DNA of 64,000 nt from NCBI GenBank assembly GCA_964571255.1, contig CAZNAA010000001.1:359674-423673 (forward strand), written 5' to 3'. Source of the stretch: an uncultured Gammaproteobacteria bacterium. Its GTDB lineage: Bacteria > Patescibacteriota > Microgenomatia > Levybacterales > UBA12049. Below, in pieces: positions 50,657 to 60,955 of this stretch. The position numbers and the translations under genes are program-made. Under the pieces are notes generated by a model. The model had not been told where the DNA came from. It did no database searches and saw only the letters and a list, made by a program, of their open reading frames with translations. Within the stretch, counting starts at the first letter, position 1. Each line of letters starts with the position of its first letter.

Positions 50657-51273
50657 TTTTTTGAAAAGACAATATAGTCCAAACCTTTTTTAGGAAGATG
50701 AATATATTTGTCGATTATACCACGCTCCTTGCCTAAAAGTTTTTTATAGTTATGAATAAATGTATATTCGTTTCCCCCGTAATTTTGTTCAATAAAAATA
50801 CAGTATTTTTTTGATACTCTAATGCATTCATGAATACTTTTTTTAACTTGTTCTCTTGAAACATGCATCAATACTCCATGAGTGAAAACAAGATCAAACT
50901 GATTATTTTTAAATGGGAGTGAAGAAACATCTGCCTGTTTTAAAGTAACAGGAGACGGAAGATATGTTTTTGCCTTTTGTAGCATTACTTTACTAATATC
51001 AACTCCCGTAATAGAGGAAGGGTCATATTTTTTCTCCAGAAGAAATTTAATATTGCGTCCAAATCCACACCCTACTTCAAGAAATGAAGTAGGTTTTATT
51101 CTTTTTATTTCTTCTAAAAACCACTTGTGTTGAGAGTGGAGTTTTACTTGCCAGGGATCATCCATAAAGGTATGTCCCCAAGAATTCCAAAACTCTTGCG
51201 GTTTATATCCTCCTTTTATATACCAAAGCACTTTTTTGACCAATTTTATTAGAAAAATAATTCCTCGTTTCAT
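50653..51273 (-). CDS. Class I SAM-dependent methyltransferase
   Basis: LEVGCGFGRN, GVDIS, FDLVFTHGVLMH. Confidence 0.88.
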   Translation of the reverse strand: MKRGIIFLIKLVKKVLWYIKGGYKPQEFWNSWGHTFMDDPWQVKLHSQHKWFLEEIKRIKPTSFLEVGCGFGRNIKFLLEKKYDPSSITGVDISKVMLQKAKTYLPSPVTLKQADVSSLPFKNNQFDLVFTHGVLMHVSREQVKKSIHECIRVSKKYCIFIEQNYGGNEYTFIHNYKKLLGKERGIIDKYIHLPKKGLDYIVFSKK

Positions 51274-51274
51274 A

Positions 51275-52396
51275 TCATTTAGTGTAGGTGGTTTTAGAAA
51301 CGTAGGAAAGGAGTGTTTTAAACCTATTCTGATATGTATGCTGCTTTAATACTCTTTTATATCCTTTTAGAGCAATTTCCTCCCTCTCTTTCTTATGAGA
51401 TAGGTAATAACGAATTTTTTGTTTTAAATCTTTTAGCGACGAATATACTACAATATCTTCTCCATCAGTAAAATATTTTGGATTAAGCTTATCAATCAGT
51501 TGAAATGCTCCACATGCAGGAATTTCAAAGGTTCGCAAGTTTCCACCAGCAATCATATCAGGCTGGAGATTCAAAGCAATTTTTGTTACGGAATAGATCT
51601 TAAACATTTTCTCCCCCGTTGCTCTTCCTTGATAAAAAGGTTTTAGCTGAGGAGATAAATCAATTCCTGGCATAATCTCTCCCCATATCTTTAAAGGCAG
51701 TGAAGTTAACTCTAGAAGCGTTTTTTGTCTTAATGGAGTAAGTCCACCCACAAAGCAAACATCTGATGCTAGCTCTTTTTGTTCGTTTTTTGAAAGTATC
51801 TGTTTTTTGTGAAAATTAGGACTAATTGCCGAAACAGGAAGCTCGATAGCTTTTTTTGCACCTAATTTTATCCAATTAAGAGCAAATCCTTTGTCATTTG
51901 AAAAAATGATATCAAACACTCCTTTTTTTACTGCGTTTTTTTCTGCAGGAGGAGATGCAACAAGTGGATTAATTCCTGAGAGAAGATATAAAGGAGCAGA
52001 AACTATTTTCTTTATCATCCAAAACGTTTCAGGGAAAATATTCCATCCACCTCCAGAAACTAAAATGAGATCTGGTTTTTCTTTTATGACAAAAAGCAGT
52101 AACGAAATATTCTTTGCTACATTTTCTAGAGAGATAAAATAATAGGTAGATAACTTTCTCTGAATTCTTCCCATCCAGACAGGAAAATACTTATTCAGCT
52201 TCTCTTGGAGAGCCACCCGAAACGTATTAGGAAGTAAGATACTATCTGTATATTTCCAAGCCACAACAGTTTGGCCTAGTGACTCAAGTGCTTCACACCA
52301 AAAATATTGTCCTTGTCCTTTAGGAAAGAAACTTGATTGTTTTTTAGAAAAATATTCTTTTTCTCTATGATTTGGTCCGATGATGAGTGTTTTCAT
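51275..52396 (-). CDS. CgeB-like glycosyltransferase
   Basis: DVCFVG, NLRTFEIPACG, HTYQNR. Confidence 0.82.
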   Translation of the reverse strand: MKTLIIGPNHREKEYFSKKQSSFFPKGQGQYFWCEALESLGQTVVAWKYTDSILLPNTFRVALQEKLNKYFPVWMGRIQRKLSTYYFISLENVAKNISLLLFVIKEKPDLILVSGGGWNIFPETFWMIKKIVSAPLYLLSGINPLVASPPAEKNAVKKGVFDIIFSNDKGFALNWIKLGAKKAIELPVSAISPNFHKKQILSKNEQKELASDVCFVGGLTPLRQKTLLELTSLPLKIWGEIMPGIDLSPQLKPFYQGRATGEKMFKIYSVTKIALNLQPDMIAGGNLRTFEIPACGAFQLIDKLNPKYFTDGEDIVVYSSLKDLKQKIRYYLSHKKEREEIALKGYKRVLKQHTYQNRFKTLLSYVSKTTYTK

Positions 52397-53627
52397 TTGG
52401 ATGATATTGTTTTAAAAGGATTATTACAACAAGTGCATAAATCATAAACATAATAGCTTGAGTCAGTACATTTGATATTGATGCTCCCCATTCTCCAAAC
52501 CGTGGAATTAATAATACGTTCAAGATAATATTAATGAGTGCTGTTATTATACTTATCCCCAAATAGACGTATTGCTTGTTAATAATAATAAGTATTTTAT
52601 ATAATAATGCCGAAAGAGCAGCAAAAGGGACAAACCAGATGACAACACGAAGTAAAGGAATAGCTTCTGTGTATTTATCTCCAAAAAGTAAGGTAATATA
52701 ATCAGCAAAGAAGAAAAAGAAAAGACTAGCAGGAATACTCCAAAGTAAAATGATTCCAAGAGATTTTTTAATATGTGATACAAACTTTTCTTTATCCTGT
52801 GCTATTCGAGTAAGTGCTGGAAAAACAGCAACCATAAAAGGGACATTTAATAGTTGAATAAGAGCAAGAGGAAATGGCGTTGCTGCACTATATAACCCCA
52901 CTGCTCTCTCCCCTGCAATACTATGAAGAATTACTGAATCGATTCGAGAGTAAATAAGCGCAGCAAAAGCTGCAAGGCCTAAAGGTAGTCCCTCTAAAAA
53001 TAAGTGCTTCACCATTTTTTCAGAATAAGAAAATTTTGGAATAGTAAACCATTTGAGTAGTACAATCCAATTTAAGATAGTACAAAGCAGAGTTCCTATC
53101 AGAAGACCAATAAATACTCCAACTAGCCCTCCACTTCTCTCTCCAATAAATGCCCCACCAAGTGAAAAAATGGTATTAAGTGTATTGAAAAAAGCTGAAT
53201 ATTCCATTTTTTCCATTCCATCGAAGTAATACACCGCAACAGATCGAATAGTTGAAACAAGCAGAGTAAGAGCAGCTAGAAAAAGTAATATTTGAATATC
53301 AAGAGAATACCCCAAGAAGAAAGCTAGAATCGAAATAAGAAAAAGTGTTATTAGAGATAGAAAAGAATTAAGAATAAACGCATTTCCTAAAATAAGAGGG
53401 ATATTTTTTTTATTTTTTGCAATTTCACGAATAACAATAAGTCCTACCCCAAAATCCGGAAGAAACGAGAAAATTCCAATAAAAGAATGTACAAAATTAT
53501 ACCTTCCAAATCGTTCAATGTCAGGTGGTGCTAAATATAAAATCCACAATAAACCTGAAAATTTAATGAGTATTCCAGACAGCACAAGAAAAGATGTATT
53601 ACGAAAAACAAGGAAAAAGTTGTTCAC
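52365..53627 (-). CDS. Wzx-type flippase
   Basis: DFG..L...REIA, IYSRIDSVIL, VGLYSAA, LIPRFG..GA. Confidence 0.88.
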   Translation of the reverse strand: MNNFFLVFRNTSFLVLSGILIKFSGLLWILYLAPPDIERFGRYNFVHSFIGIFSFLPDFGVGLIVIREIAKNKKNIPLILGNAFILNSFLSLITLFLISILAFFLGYSLDIQILLFLAALTLLVSTIRSVAVYYFDGMEKMEYSAFFNTLNTIFSLGGAFIGERSGGLVGVFIGLLIGTLLCTILNWIVLLKWFTIPKFSYSEKMVKHLFLEGLPLGLAAFAALIYSRIDSVILHSIAGERAVGLYSAATPFPLALIQLLNVPFMVAVFPALTRIAQDKEKFVSHIKKSLGIILLWSIPASLFFFFFADYITLLFGDKYTEAIPLLRVVIWFVPFAALSALLYKILIIINKQYVYLGISIITALINIILNVLLIPRFGEWGASISNVLTQAIMFMIYALVVIILLKQYHPNENTHHRTKS

Positions 53628-54733
53628 GATTTATATTTTCTAATAGTTGAGATGATATATTCAATCTCCTCATTTGTTAAATGAGGATGGAATGGAAGAA
53701 GAAGAATTCTTTTCCAAACTTTCTCAGTTACGGGAATATCGGCACTAAAATCTTTATACATATCGTAATGGTTATTAGGTATATAATGAACAGTCGTAGC
53801 AATTTTCTTATTTGCCAGATACGTTGCTAATTGATTTCTTTTTGGGACTTTAATACAGAAATTATGCAGAGCACTTTGTGCATACTCTCTTTCTAATGGT
53901 AACTCGACCCAAGAAAGATCTTTTAACCCTTCCTGATACATTTCATAGATCTCCCTTTTTCTCTTTAAAATCGATGGATATCTTTTTAACTGAACTAAAG
54001 CAATTGCTGAGAGGATATCGTTAGGATGATATTTAAACCCTAGCTCTTCAACAGAGTAATACCACGAGTATTTTGTTTTTGAAGTTCTCTTCCATGTATC
54101 TTTGGAAATCCCCATCCATCTGAGTCGTCTAAAAAGTTCAGCATCTCTTTTCTTCTTAGTATAAATTGCTCCTCCGTCTGCCATCGCAACTCCTTTAATA
54201 GCATGAAACGAATAACAGCCAAAATCTCCTAAAGTTCCTAAAGGTTTTCCTTTATAAAATCCTCCAAGTCCATGAGCGTTATCTTCAATTACTACTATTC
54301 CTTTTTCCTTAGCAACTTTTAAAATTGGATCCATATCCACCGCATGTCCTCCATAGTGTACAACCGTAATTGCTTTTGTTTTTTTTGTGATCTTTTTTAA
54401 AATATCTTGAGGATCGGCACAAAGAGTAACTGGATCTACATCACAAAACACAGGAGTTCCTTTTTGATACAAAACAACATGATTGGTTGAAACAAAGGTG
54501 AGTGCAGGAGTGATAACTTCATCTCCTTCGGTAATTCCTGCTCCTATCATTGCGAGATGAAGTGCAGCTGTAGCTGAGTTTGTAGCTATGATATGTTGCT
54601 TGCCAATATACTCTTCTAATTTTTTCTCAAATTCATCTGTTTTTGGTCCCAATCCAATCCATCCTGACCTGATAACTTCTGCTGCTCCAGCAATCTCTTC
54701 ATCAAACATGTAAGGTTTAAAGACTTGAATCAT
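53624..54733 (-). CDS. DegT/DnrJ/EryC1/StrS aminotransferase
   Basis: NSATAALH, IEDNAH, SFHAIK, DGG. Confidence 0.93.
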   Translation of the reverse strand: MIQVFKPYMFDEEIAGAAEVIRSGWIGLGPKTDEFEKKLEEYIGKQHIIATNSATAALHLAMIGAGITEGDEVITPALTFVSTNHVVLYQKGTPVFCDVDPVTLCADPQDILKKITKKTKAITVVHYGGHAVDMDPILKVAKEKGIVVIEDNAHGLGGFYKGKPLGTLGDFGCYSFHAIKGVAMADGGAIYTKKKRDAELFRRLRWMGISKDTWKRTSKTKYSWYYSVEELGFKYHPNDILSAIALVQLKRYPSILKRKREIYEMYQEGLKDLSWVELPLEREYAQSALHNFCIKVPKRNQLATYLANKKIATTVHYIPNNHYDMYKDFSADIPVTEKVWKRILLLPFHPHLTNEEIEYIISTIRKYKS

Positions 54734-54751
54734 ATCGTGATTATAACACCC

Positions 54752-55996
54752 CTATTTTGCTCTACTTGGTACCTGAAATGCAAGAGAGAAAAGAAGAAAA
54801 AGACTAAAAGGCAGAGAAAGAGAGCTTCCTAAAAGTGCTGCATATGCTGCACCTTTCATTCCAAAAAAAGAGATAAATGGAAAAATACTTAAAAGGAGTC
54901 CTGCTAAACTAATACTCGTAACGAGTGAGACTAAATCTTGTCGTATCTTGGAGAGGAAAATAGTATTGTTAATAACAATGATGCTCCGAACTATACAAAG
55001 AATAAAAAGAACACGAAGTGTATCACTTCCTCCAACCCAAGAAGGACCTAAAAAGATAGTAATAAGTTGAGTTGAGAAAAATGAAAGGAGGAGGCAAACT
55101 GGAATAATAATCAAAAGGACAGTTCCAATTGTTTTTTGTATTGCCTTTAGGAAACGTTTTCTATCGTCTTCTATTTGTACCAAAATAGGAAGAGCCGTTC
55201 GACTAATCACATCTGAAAATTCTGTTAATGGAACAACAGACAACTTATATACCGTATCATAGACTCCAAGAGTTGATATACCAAGTAGCTTTCCAACAAT
55301 AATCGTGTCTATATTTTGGAAAAGATATAAAAGAATTCCACTAAGAGTAAGCCATTTCCCATGTTTAAAGATATCTTTCCCAATCTCTCTCTCAAAAGAG
55401 AATGACGGATGAGGAGTAATGAGTAAGAAAGAAAGAATTACTTCATATAATACCCCAACCATTACTCCAAGTACCATTCCTAAGGCAGATTGGAAATATA
55501 AGACAAAAAGAATAGTAAATACTGACTCTACAAAAAAGTTGGAGGCTCTGTATAAAAATTCCTTTTCAAAATGAAGGTTTTTCGTAAAAGAAACAATTGC
55601 TGGATTAATAAAGCCACGAAGAAAAGGTATAGCAGCAACAAAAAGAAGAAGATTATATACTTCCTGTTTTTCAAAAAAAGTAGCAATAAGCGGAGCAAAA
55701 AGAAGAATGAAAAGAGAAATAACTATGCCTCGTATAATAGAAATTACCCAGGCAGTGTTGATATACTTTTCAATTGATTCTTTCTTTTGAATCAGATACA
55801 CATTAATTCCGGTTTCTGTGATAATTTCCAAAAAGGCAAGAGTTATTGCGGCTATACTAAATAAGCCTATATCCTGTTGATCAAGACCAATCACACGGAT
55901 AATAATATAGAGTCTAAAAAAAGATATCGCTCTTAGGGCAATACGTAATCCTCCAAGCCATGATACGCCTTTTACTGCGTCTTTTGTGTATCCCAT
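54752..55996 (-). CDS. WzxC-like polysaccharide export/flippase protein
   Basis: NIDTIIVGKLLG..LGVY; about 12 TM. Confidence 0.85.
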   Translation of the reverse strand: MGYTKDAVKGVSWLGGLRIALRAISFFRLYIIIRVIGLDQQDIGLFSIAAITLAFLEIITETGINVYLIQKKESIEKYINTAWVISIIRGIVISLFILLFAPLIATFFEKQEVYNLLLFVAAIPFLRGFINPAIVSFTKNLHFEKEFLYRASNFFVESVFTILFVLYFQSALGMVLGVMVGVLYEVILSFLLITPHPSFSFEREIGKDIFKHGKWLTLSGILLYLFQNIDTIIVGKLLGISTLGVYDTVYKLSVVPLTEFSDVISRTALPILVQIEDDRKRFLKAIQKTIGTVLLIIIPVCLLLSFFSTQLITIFLGPSWVGGSDTLRVLFILCIVRSIIVINNTIFLSKIRQDLVSLVTSISLAGLLLSIFPFISFFGMKGAAYAALLGSSLSLPFSLFLLFSLAFQVPSRAK

Positions 55997-56928
55997 CTCT
56001 TTATTGTACCCCCAATCGTTCCTGAAAGTACAGCAAGATCAGCTATGTATTGAAGAGATATGAGCCAAAAAAAAGCTTTTACTCCTTTTATATATCTATT
56101 GTTTTTCATTCCTGCCCAAAGAGAATAAAAAAGGAGAAGAATAAGGATAAATGACCAAGAAAGGACTCCAGACATTACGGCAGAAACTAAAAGAGCACCC
56201 CAGAGATATCGTATAAATAAAAGGATAACTTTAGTTCTCAATACGCCTGATTCTGCATCTCCATAAGCAAATCGCCAAAACATAATAAAGGACTGCTTAA
56301 TCGATGTTCGAGGATACCAATAGACTATTGCCCTCTTATTGAACACAAAATTAACTCCTTTTTTCTTAAGTCTATTTGCAAACTCGTAATCTTCATTGTG
56401 CGAGTATTTCTCACTAAATCCCCCGCTTTTCTCCCATACTTTCTTTTTTATTCCCATAGATCTGGTTGCAGGGAGAAAATGAGATTCATCTACTCTATCT
56501 GGCATTACTAAAACAAAAGGAATTAATGCATCTTGAAACGCAGAAAATGATTTCCCTTGATAATATCCAGCCACCACCTCATTTTCTTCCTCAACAAACG
56601 ATTTTTTCATTTCTTTAACCCAATCCTTCTCTAACTCACACCCTGCATCAGAAATAAGAATAAATGGATTTTTTGCTCTTTTAATTGCTTCATTTCTCCC
56701 AACAGATCTATTCCCTTTTTTTATTAGGTATTGATACTCAATTTCTTTTTCTTTAAATAGCGGGGAGTATTCTTTAAGAATATTCTCCGTTTCATCAGTT
56801 GATCCCCCATCAACAATAATTACTTCCTCTGGGAGAATTGATTGAGATAGCACAGAATCTAGTAATCGAGAGAGTGTTTTTTCCTCATTAAAAATAGTTG
56901 CAATAAAAGAAACTGTTATTTTTCCCAT
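55972..56928 (-). CDS. Glycosyltransferase family 2
   Basis: FNEE, VDGGSTDET, SDAG, NED. Confidence 0.88.
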   Translation of the reverse strand: MGKITVSFIATIFNEEKTLSRLLDSVLSQSILPEEVIIVDGGSTDETENILKEYSPLFKEKEIEYQYLIKKGNRSVGRNEAIKRAKNPFILISDAGCELEKDWVKEMKKSFVEEENEVVAGYYQGKSFSAFQDALIPFVLVMPDRVDESHFLPATRSMGIKKKVWEKSGGFSEKYSHNEDYEFANRLKKKGVNFVFNKRAIVYWYPRTSIKQSFIMFWRFAYGDAESGVLRTKVILLFIRYLWGALLVSAVMSGVLSWSFILILLLFYSLWAGMKNNRYIKGVKAFFWLISLQYIADLAVLSGTIGGTIKRWDTQKTQ

Positions 56929-57413
56929 AATTGTTCATACTGATTGACTAAGTGACTCCAAGATTGAGTATCCACCCATTCTTTCCCTTTCTGTATCAAG
57001 TCTTGTAATTTTTTTTTATCTTTTAAGAGTGTAACTAGTTTTTTCGAAATGTCTTGTGCAGTTTCCCCAATTACAATCCAGTCTTTAAAAGGAGACATGT
57101 ATAGATAATCTTTTTTTAACGGATTATCATATATAGAAACCACTATCTTCTGATGATTTAAACTATCAAGAATAGAAAGATAGGAAGAGACAAAAAGAAT
57201 ATCATGAGAATCAATAATAGAATCAACATCTGTTGTTATTCCTTGTAAGTTTCCAATCATTATTTGATTTTTCAAACTTCCTTCACCATAAATATTAAAC
57301 TCACACTTAATTCCTTGGTTTTTAAGCAAACTTATAACTCCACAGTACTGTAATATACTCGTGTCTTTTTCTAATCTTCCAATAAATGCAATTTTCAATT
57401 TCCTTGTTTTCAT
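56916..57413 (-). CDS. GT4 glycosyltransferase, C-terminal domain only
   Basis: IAFIGRLEKD, IYGEG, SW..LVNQYEQLW. Confidence 0.7.
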   Translation of the reverse strand: MKTRKLKIAFIGRLEKDTSILQYCGVISLLKNQGIKCEFNIYGEGSLKNQIMIGNLQGITTDVDSIIDSHDILFVSSYLSILDSLNHQKIVVSIYDNPLKKDYLYMSPFKDWIVIGETAQDISKKLVTLLKDKKKLQDLIQKGKEWVDTQSWSHLVNQYEQLWEK

Positions 57414-57415
57414 TT

Positions 57416-57910
57416 TTAAATTGGATGAACTCCCCCATAAGAGATCACATCTGCTTTTGTTCCATACCATTTCTCTATAAAAGCTCCAATACAGATATTT
57501 CCTCTCGAAAGAAGTTCACTCAGTTTTCTTATTTGTATTGCTTTCCTATGTGGAGGATATATTGTTTCATACCCATGAAAAGTGGTATATACTTTTTTCT
57601 TTAAAAAGATAAAGGGAAGATACCAGAAAAAAACGTCGTGACAATGTATGATATCAGCGTCCTTAATTAATGAGAAATTCTTAAGGAGCCAGTACCATAT
57701 TTGAAACTTTTTAAACCATGTCTGTGTTACTGGTATTCTATAGACATCAATCTCATCAAATTTCTCTTTTGAAGAAGTACCATCTAAGTCTTCTGTAATA
57801 ACAGTAACTTTATGACCTCGTTTAATAAGCTCTTTACTAATTTCTAAAACGTGCTTTTCTACACCACCTATGTGAGGGAAAAAAAGGCGGGTAAAAAAGA
57901 GAATTTTCAT
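57416..57910 (-). CDS. GT4 glycosyltransferase, N-terminal domain only
   Basis: FFPHIGGVEKH, GHKVTVIT, IIHCHD, TTFHG. Confidence 0.75.
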   Translation of the reverse strand: MKILFFTRLFFPHIGGVEKHVLEISKELIKRGHKVTVITEDLDGTSSKEKFDEIDVYRIPVTQTWFKKFQIWYWLLKNFSLIKDADIIHCHDVFFWYLPFIFLKKKVYTTFHGYETIYPPHRKAIQIRKLSELLSRGNICIGAFIEKWYGTKADVISYGGVHPI

Positions 57911-58650
57911 GGTTTTTGAAGAATCACAAAAATATCAGAGGCTCCAAAAAGCTTTACACTTACATCATCTAAATAACTTACAATATCTGACAGAAAATAT
58001 CGTATTAGCCTAACTAATTTTCCTGCACCATTATTAGTAAATAGAAAATTCCTTAATATACCTTCAGTTTCTTCGATATGAATCAGTTTGAACCCAACAC
58101 TTTGACAAAGTCTAGTTAATTCCTCTATATTATATCTTCTAACGTGTCCCACTCTTTTATCAAACTTTTCTAAGAGTCCCATTCTTTTGAGTGGAGCATT
58201 ATCTGAAGGAGTAGATAAAATAAGTATTCCTTTCCTACTTAGTAAGTTGAATATTTGTAGTAGTGCTTTTTTATCATCTTTTAAATGCTCAATGACTTCT
58301 AGCATAATAACCGCATCAAAATTTTGTGATAATCTTATTTTTTTATTTGAAAAATCTTCAACTTTAAAAGAAGTGATGTTAGTAAGTTTTAAATATTTGG
58401 CTGATTTTCTACAAGCATCTATTGCTTTTCTCGAGACATCTAGTCCTGTTATGTATTTGCCTTTAGACGCTAGGTAGAAAGATATAGTTCCCACTCCACA
58501 GCCAATGTCTAAAACACTATGTGTATTAGACAAATATTTATCTAATACTTTTATAATTATTCTGTATGTAAAATTCTGAGAATTTATAATTCTCCTTTGA
58601 ACTAATGGGTCTTTATGAAATAGTTCGTAATCAAATTTACTAGTCTTCAT
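57907..58650 (-). CDS. Class I SAM-dependent methyltransferase
   Basis: VLDIGCGVG, EVIEHL, GHVRRY. Confidence 0.88.
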   Translation of the reverse strand: MKTSKFDYELFHKDPLVQRRIINSQNFTYRIIIKVLDKYLSNTHSVLDIGCGVGTISFYLASKGKYITGLDVSRKAIDACRKSAKYLKLTNITSFKVEDFSNKKIRLSQNFDAVIMLEVIEHLKDDKKALLQIFNLLSRKGILILSTPSDNAPLKRMGLLEKFDKRVGHVRRYNIEELTRLCQSVGFKLIHIEETEGILRNFLFTNNGAGKLVRLIRYFLSDIVSYLDDVSVKLFGASDIFVILQKP

Positions 58651-58718
58651 TGTAATCAGAGTATATATTGTAAATATCCCATTGACAATATAAAAACAAA
58701 AGGAGTTATATTAATGTA

Positions 58719-60917
58719 ATGTCCCTTTTAAATAGGAACTGTTTATCTTTATTAGTATTTTTTCTACTAATTTCTTTCGTTCTCCCTTCAAATATTTTTG
58801 CCTCAGAAATTTTTTCAACATGGAATATTTCTCAAAACTTACCCTATCCACTCGCTAGTCATCAATCTATTAGTCATGATAATCAAGCACTTATATTTGG
58901 CGGATCAGTAGCTACGGGTAACAGTCATAACGAAATTGTCCTAGGAGTACCAGAAATAGATGGAGAAATAAATACCTGGAACTCTTCAGTCTTAGGAACT
59001 TCTCCCACCGCTTTAATCTGGCATTCAGTAGTTACAAAAGGAAATAATATATATATATTAGGAGGCAGAGAAGAAAATGAGGGAACTGTTAAAGATTCAG
59101 TAAATAAAACTTTTCGAGGAGTGATTAATAATAACACGATTTCATGGTCACCTTCCTCTTTTCTCCCTAAACCACTATCACTTGGAGCAACTGCAATTGT
59201 CGATAATAAAATCTATTTTGCAGGAGGATTTGCGGGAAACTTGTATAACAACAAAATCTATGTATCTAACATAGATAATACTGGAGAACTCTCTCAATGG
59301 ACTGAATCAGGTAATCTTCCTTCTGCGCTAATTGGTCACGGTTTAGTTGAAAAGAATGGAATGTTATATCTTATAGGTGGATATACAGGATCAACTTACT
59401 CAAAAAAAGTTTATAAGGCAACACCAGACAGTAATGGAATTATTTCAGCCTGGCAAGTACTTGAAGACCTCCCTACAGCAGTTTATAGAGGCGCATATGG
59501 CGTTAAAGATAACTATATATTTACTATTGCTGGAGGAGACATAAATGGCCAACTTGATAAAGTGTATTATTCCTCATTTAACCTAGATGGGACAGTGACT
59601 CCATGGACAACTAGTTCTTTTCTTGTTCCTGAAAAAATGACAGGTAGTTCAGCAACTATTGTTGGCGACTATATTTATTTAATTGGAGGCTTTAGTGATA
59701 ATACCGGTTACTTAGATACCGTTTACTACTCAAAATTATCTACATCTACAAACACTAATCTTCCAGTTCCTCTTTTAAAACAAACGGACCCGGTATGGAA
59801 AAATAGTACCTACGATAACGCACCTCTCTGGTCACCTGCAAATGTAACCATAGGATCATGGGGATGTGCTATCACCTCAGCTGCAATGGTTTTTCAATAT
59901 CATGGAATTAACAAGTTACCTAACAACGACTCATTAAACCCCGCTGCCATTAATTCATGGCTAAACTCACAGCCAGATGGATATGTAGAGAGTGGATGGG
60001 TAAACTGGATTGCCTTATCCCGTTTATCAAGACTTGCAAAACTATCAGGAAACAACCCATCCTTTGCTTTTGATGCTTTTGAATATACCAGATCTGGATT
60101 TGACACTACAGAATTGAAAGATAAACTTTCGCTACACCTACCTGGAATTTTAGAAGTACCGGGACACTTTATTGTTGCCAAAGGAACAACTGATACTTCG
60201 TTTCTCATTAATGATCCATATTATTCTCGAGACAAGTTGTCAGATGGGTATAATAACTCTTATACATCTTTAGGAACATTTACTCCTTCAAATACAGATC
60301 TCTCCTATATCCTCTTAACTTCTCCTAATTCTTTGTCGCTTAAGCTCAAAACAAGCAGTGAGAGCGCTATAATTACCTCTTTTACTCAACAACCAATAAG
60401 TAGCGCAACCCCTTCTGCAAAACCTGCGGGAAAGCCATTCACTATGCTACTCTCACCTAAACCACTATCAGGAAACTATCTTATTGAAATAACCGGTACC
60501 CCTAAAACACTTTATACTCTTCAAGTATATCTCTATGACTCACAAGGGGAGGTGCAAAAAATACCTATTACTGGATTTATTCCTTCAAACAGTCTAAATA
60601 CTGTCTCTTTTACTTACAATAATACTGGTTCCTCCTCTGCAAAAATTCAAAGACTCATTACCTTTAAATCAACACTAGAAGATATCCAAATAGGAACAAA
60701 TATGAAACTAATCAGCAAAGAAATCTCTCCTTCACTCACTCAACTCATCTCTAATGCTGAAATTCTTTCGAAGAAACAGTTAACAAAGACACAAGCGAAA
60801 CAGGTGCTTAAAACATTTGAAGATATTATAAATAAATGGAAAGGAACTCCTGCGCTTTCTGAAACTGCAGCTAAAATTCTCTTAGAAGACGTTTTGTTTC
60901 TTAAAACATCCTTTTAG
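58719..60917 (+). CDS. Secreted Kelch-repeat protein with C39-like peptidase domain
   Basis: Signal peptide; six (IY)xxGG...W repeats; QTDP.W, GCAITS, GHFIV, INDP. Confidence 0.78.
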   Translation: MSLLNRNCLSLLVFFLLISFVLPSNIFASEIFSTWNISQNLPYPLASHQSISHDNQALIFGGSVATGNSHNEIVLGVPEIDGEINTWNSSVLGTSPTALIWHSVVTKGNNIYILGGREENEGTVKDSVNKTFRGVINNNTISWSPSSFLPKPLSLGATAIVDNKIYFAGGFAGNLYNNKIYVSNIDNTGELSQWTESGNLPSALIGHGLVEKNGMLYLIGGYTGSTYSKKVYKATPDSNGIISAWQVLEDLPTAVYRGAYGVKDNYIFTIAGGDINGQLDKVYYSSFNLDGTVTPWTTSSFLVPEKMTGSSATIVGDYIYLIGGFSDNTGYLDTVYYSKLSTSTNTNLPVPLLKQTDPVWKNSTYDNAPLWSPANVTIGSWGCAITSAAMVFQYHGINKLPNNDSLNPAAINSWLNSQPDGYVESGWVNWIALSRLSRLAKLSGNNPSFAFDAFEYTRSGFDTTELKDKLSLHLPGILEVPGHFIVAKGTTDTSFLINDPYYSRDKLSDGYNNSYTSLGTFTPSNTDLSYILLTSPNSLSLKLKTSSESAIITSFTQQPISSATPSAKPAGKPFTMLLSPKPLSGNYLIEITGTPKTLYTLQVYLYDSQGEVQKIPITGFIPSNSLNTVSFTYNNTGSSSAKIQRLITFKSTLEDIQIGTNMKLISKEISPSLTQLISNAEILSKKQLTKTQAKQVLKTFEDIINKWKGTPALSETAAKILLEDVLFLKTSF

Positions 60918-60955
60918 TGCAAATTATCTCCAGATTACGTATAATATAGGTAATT

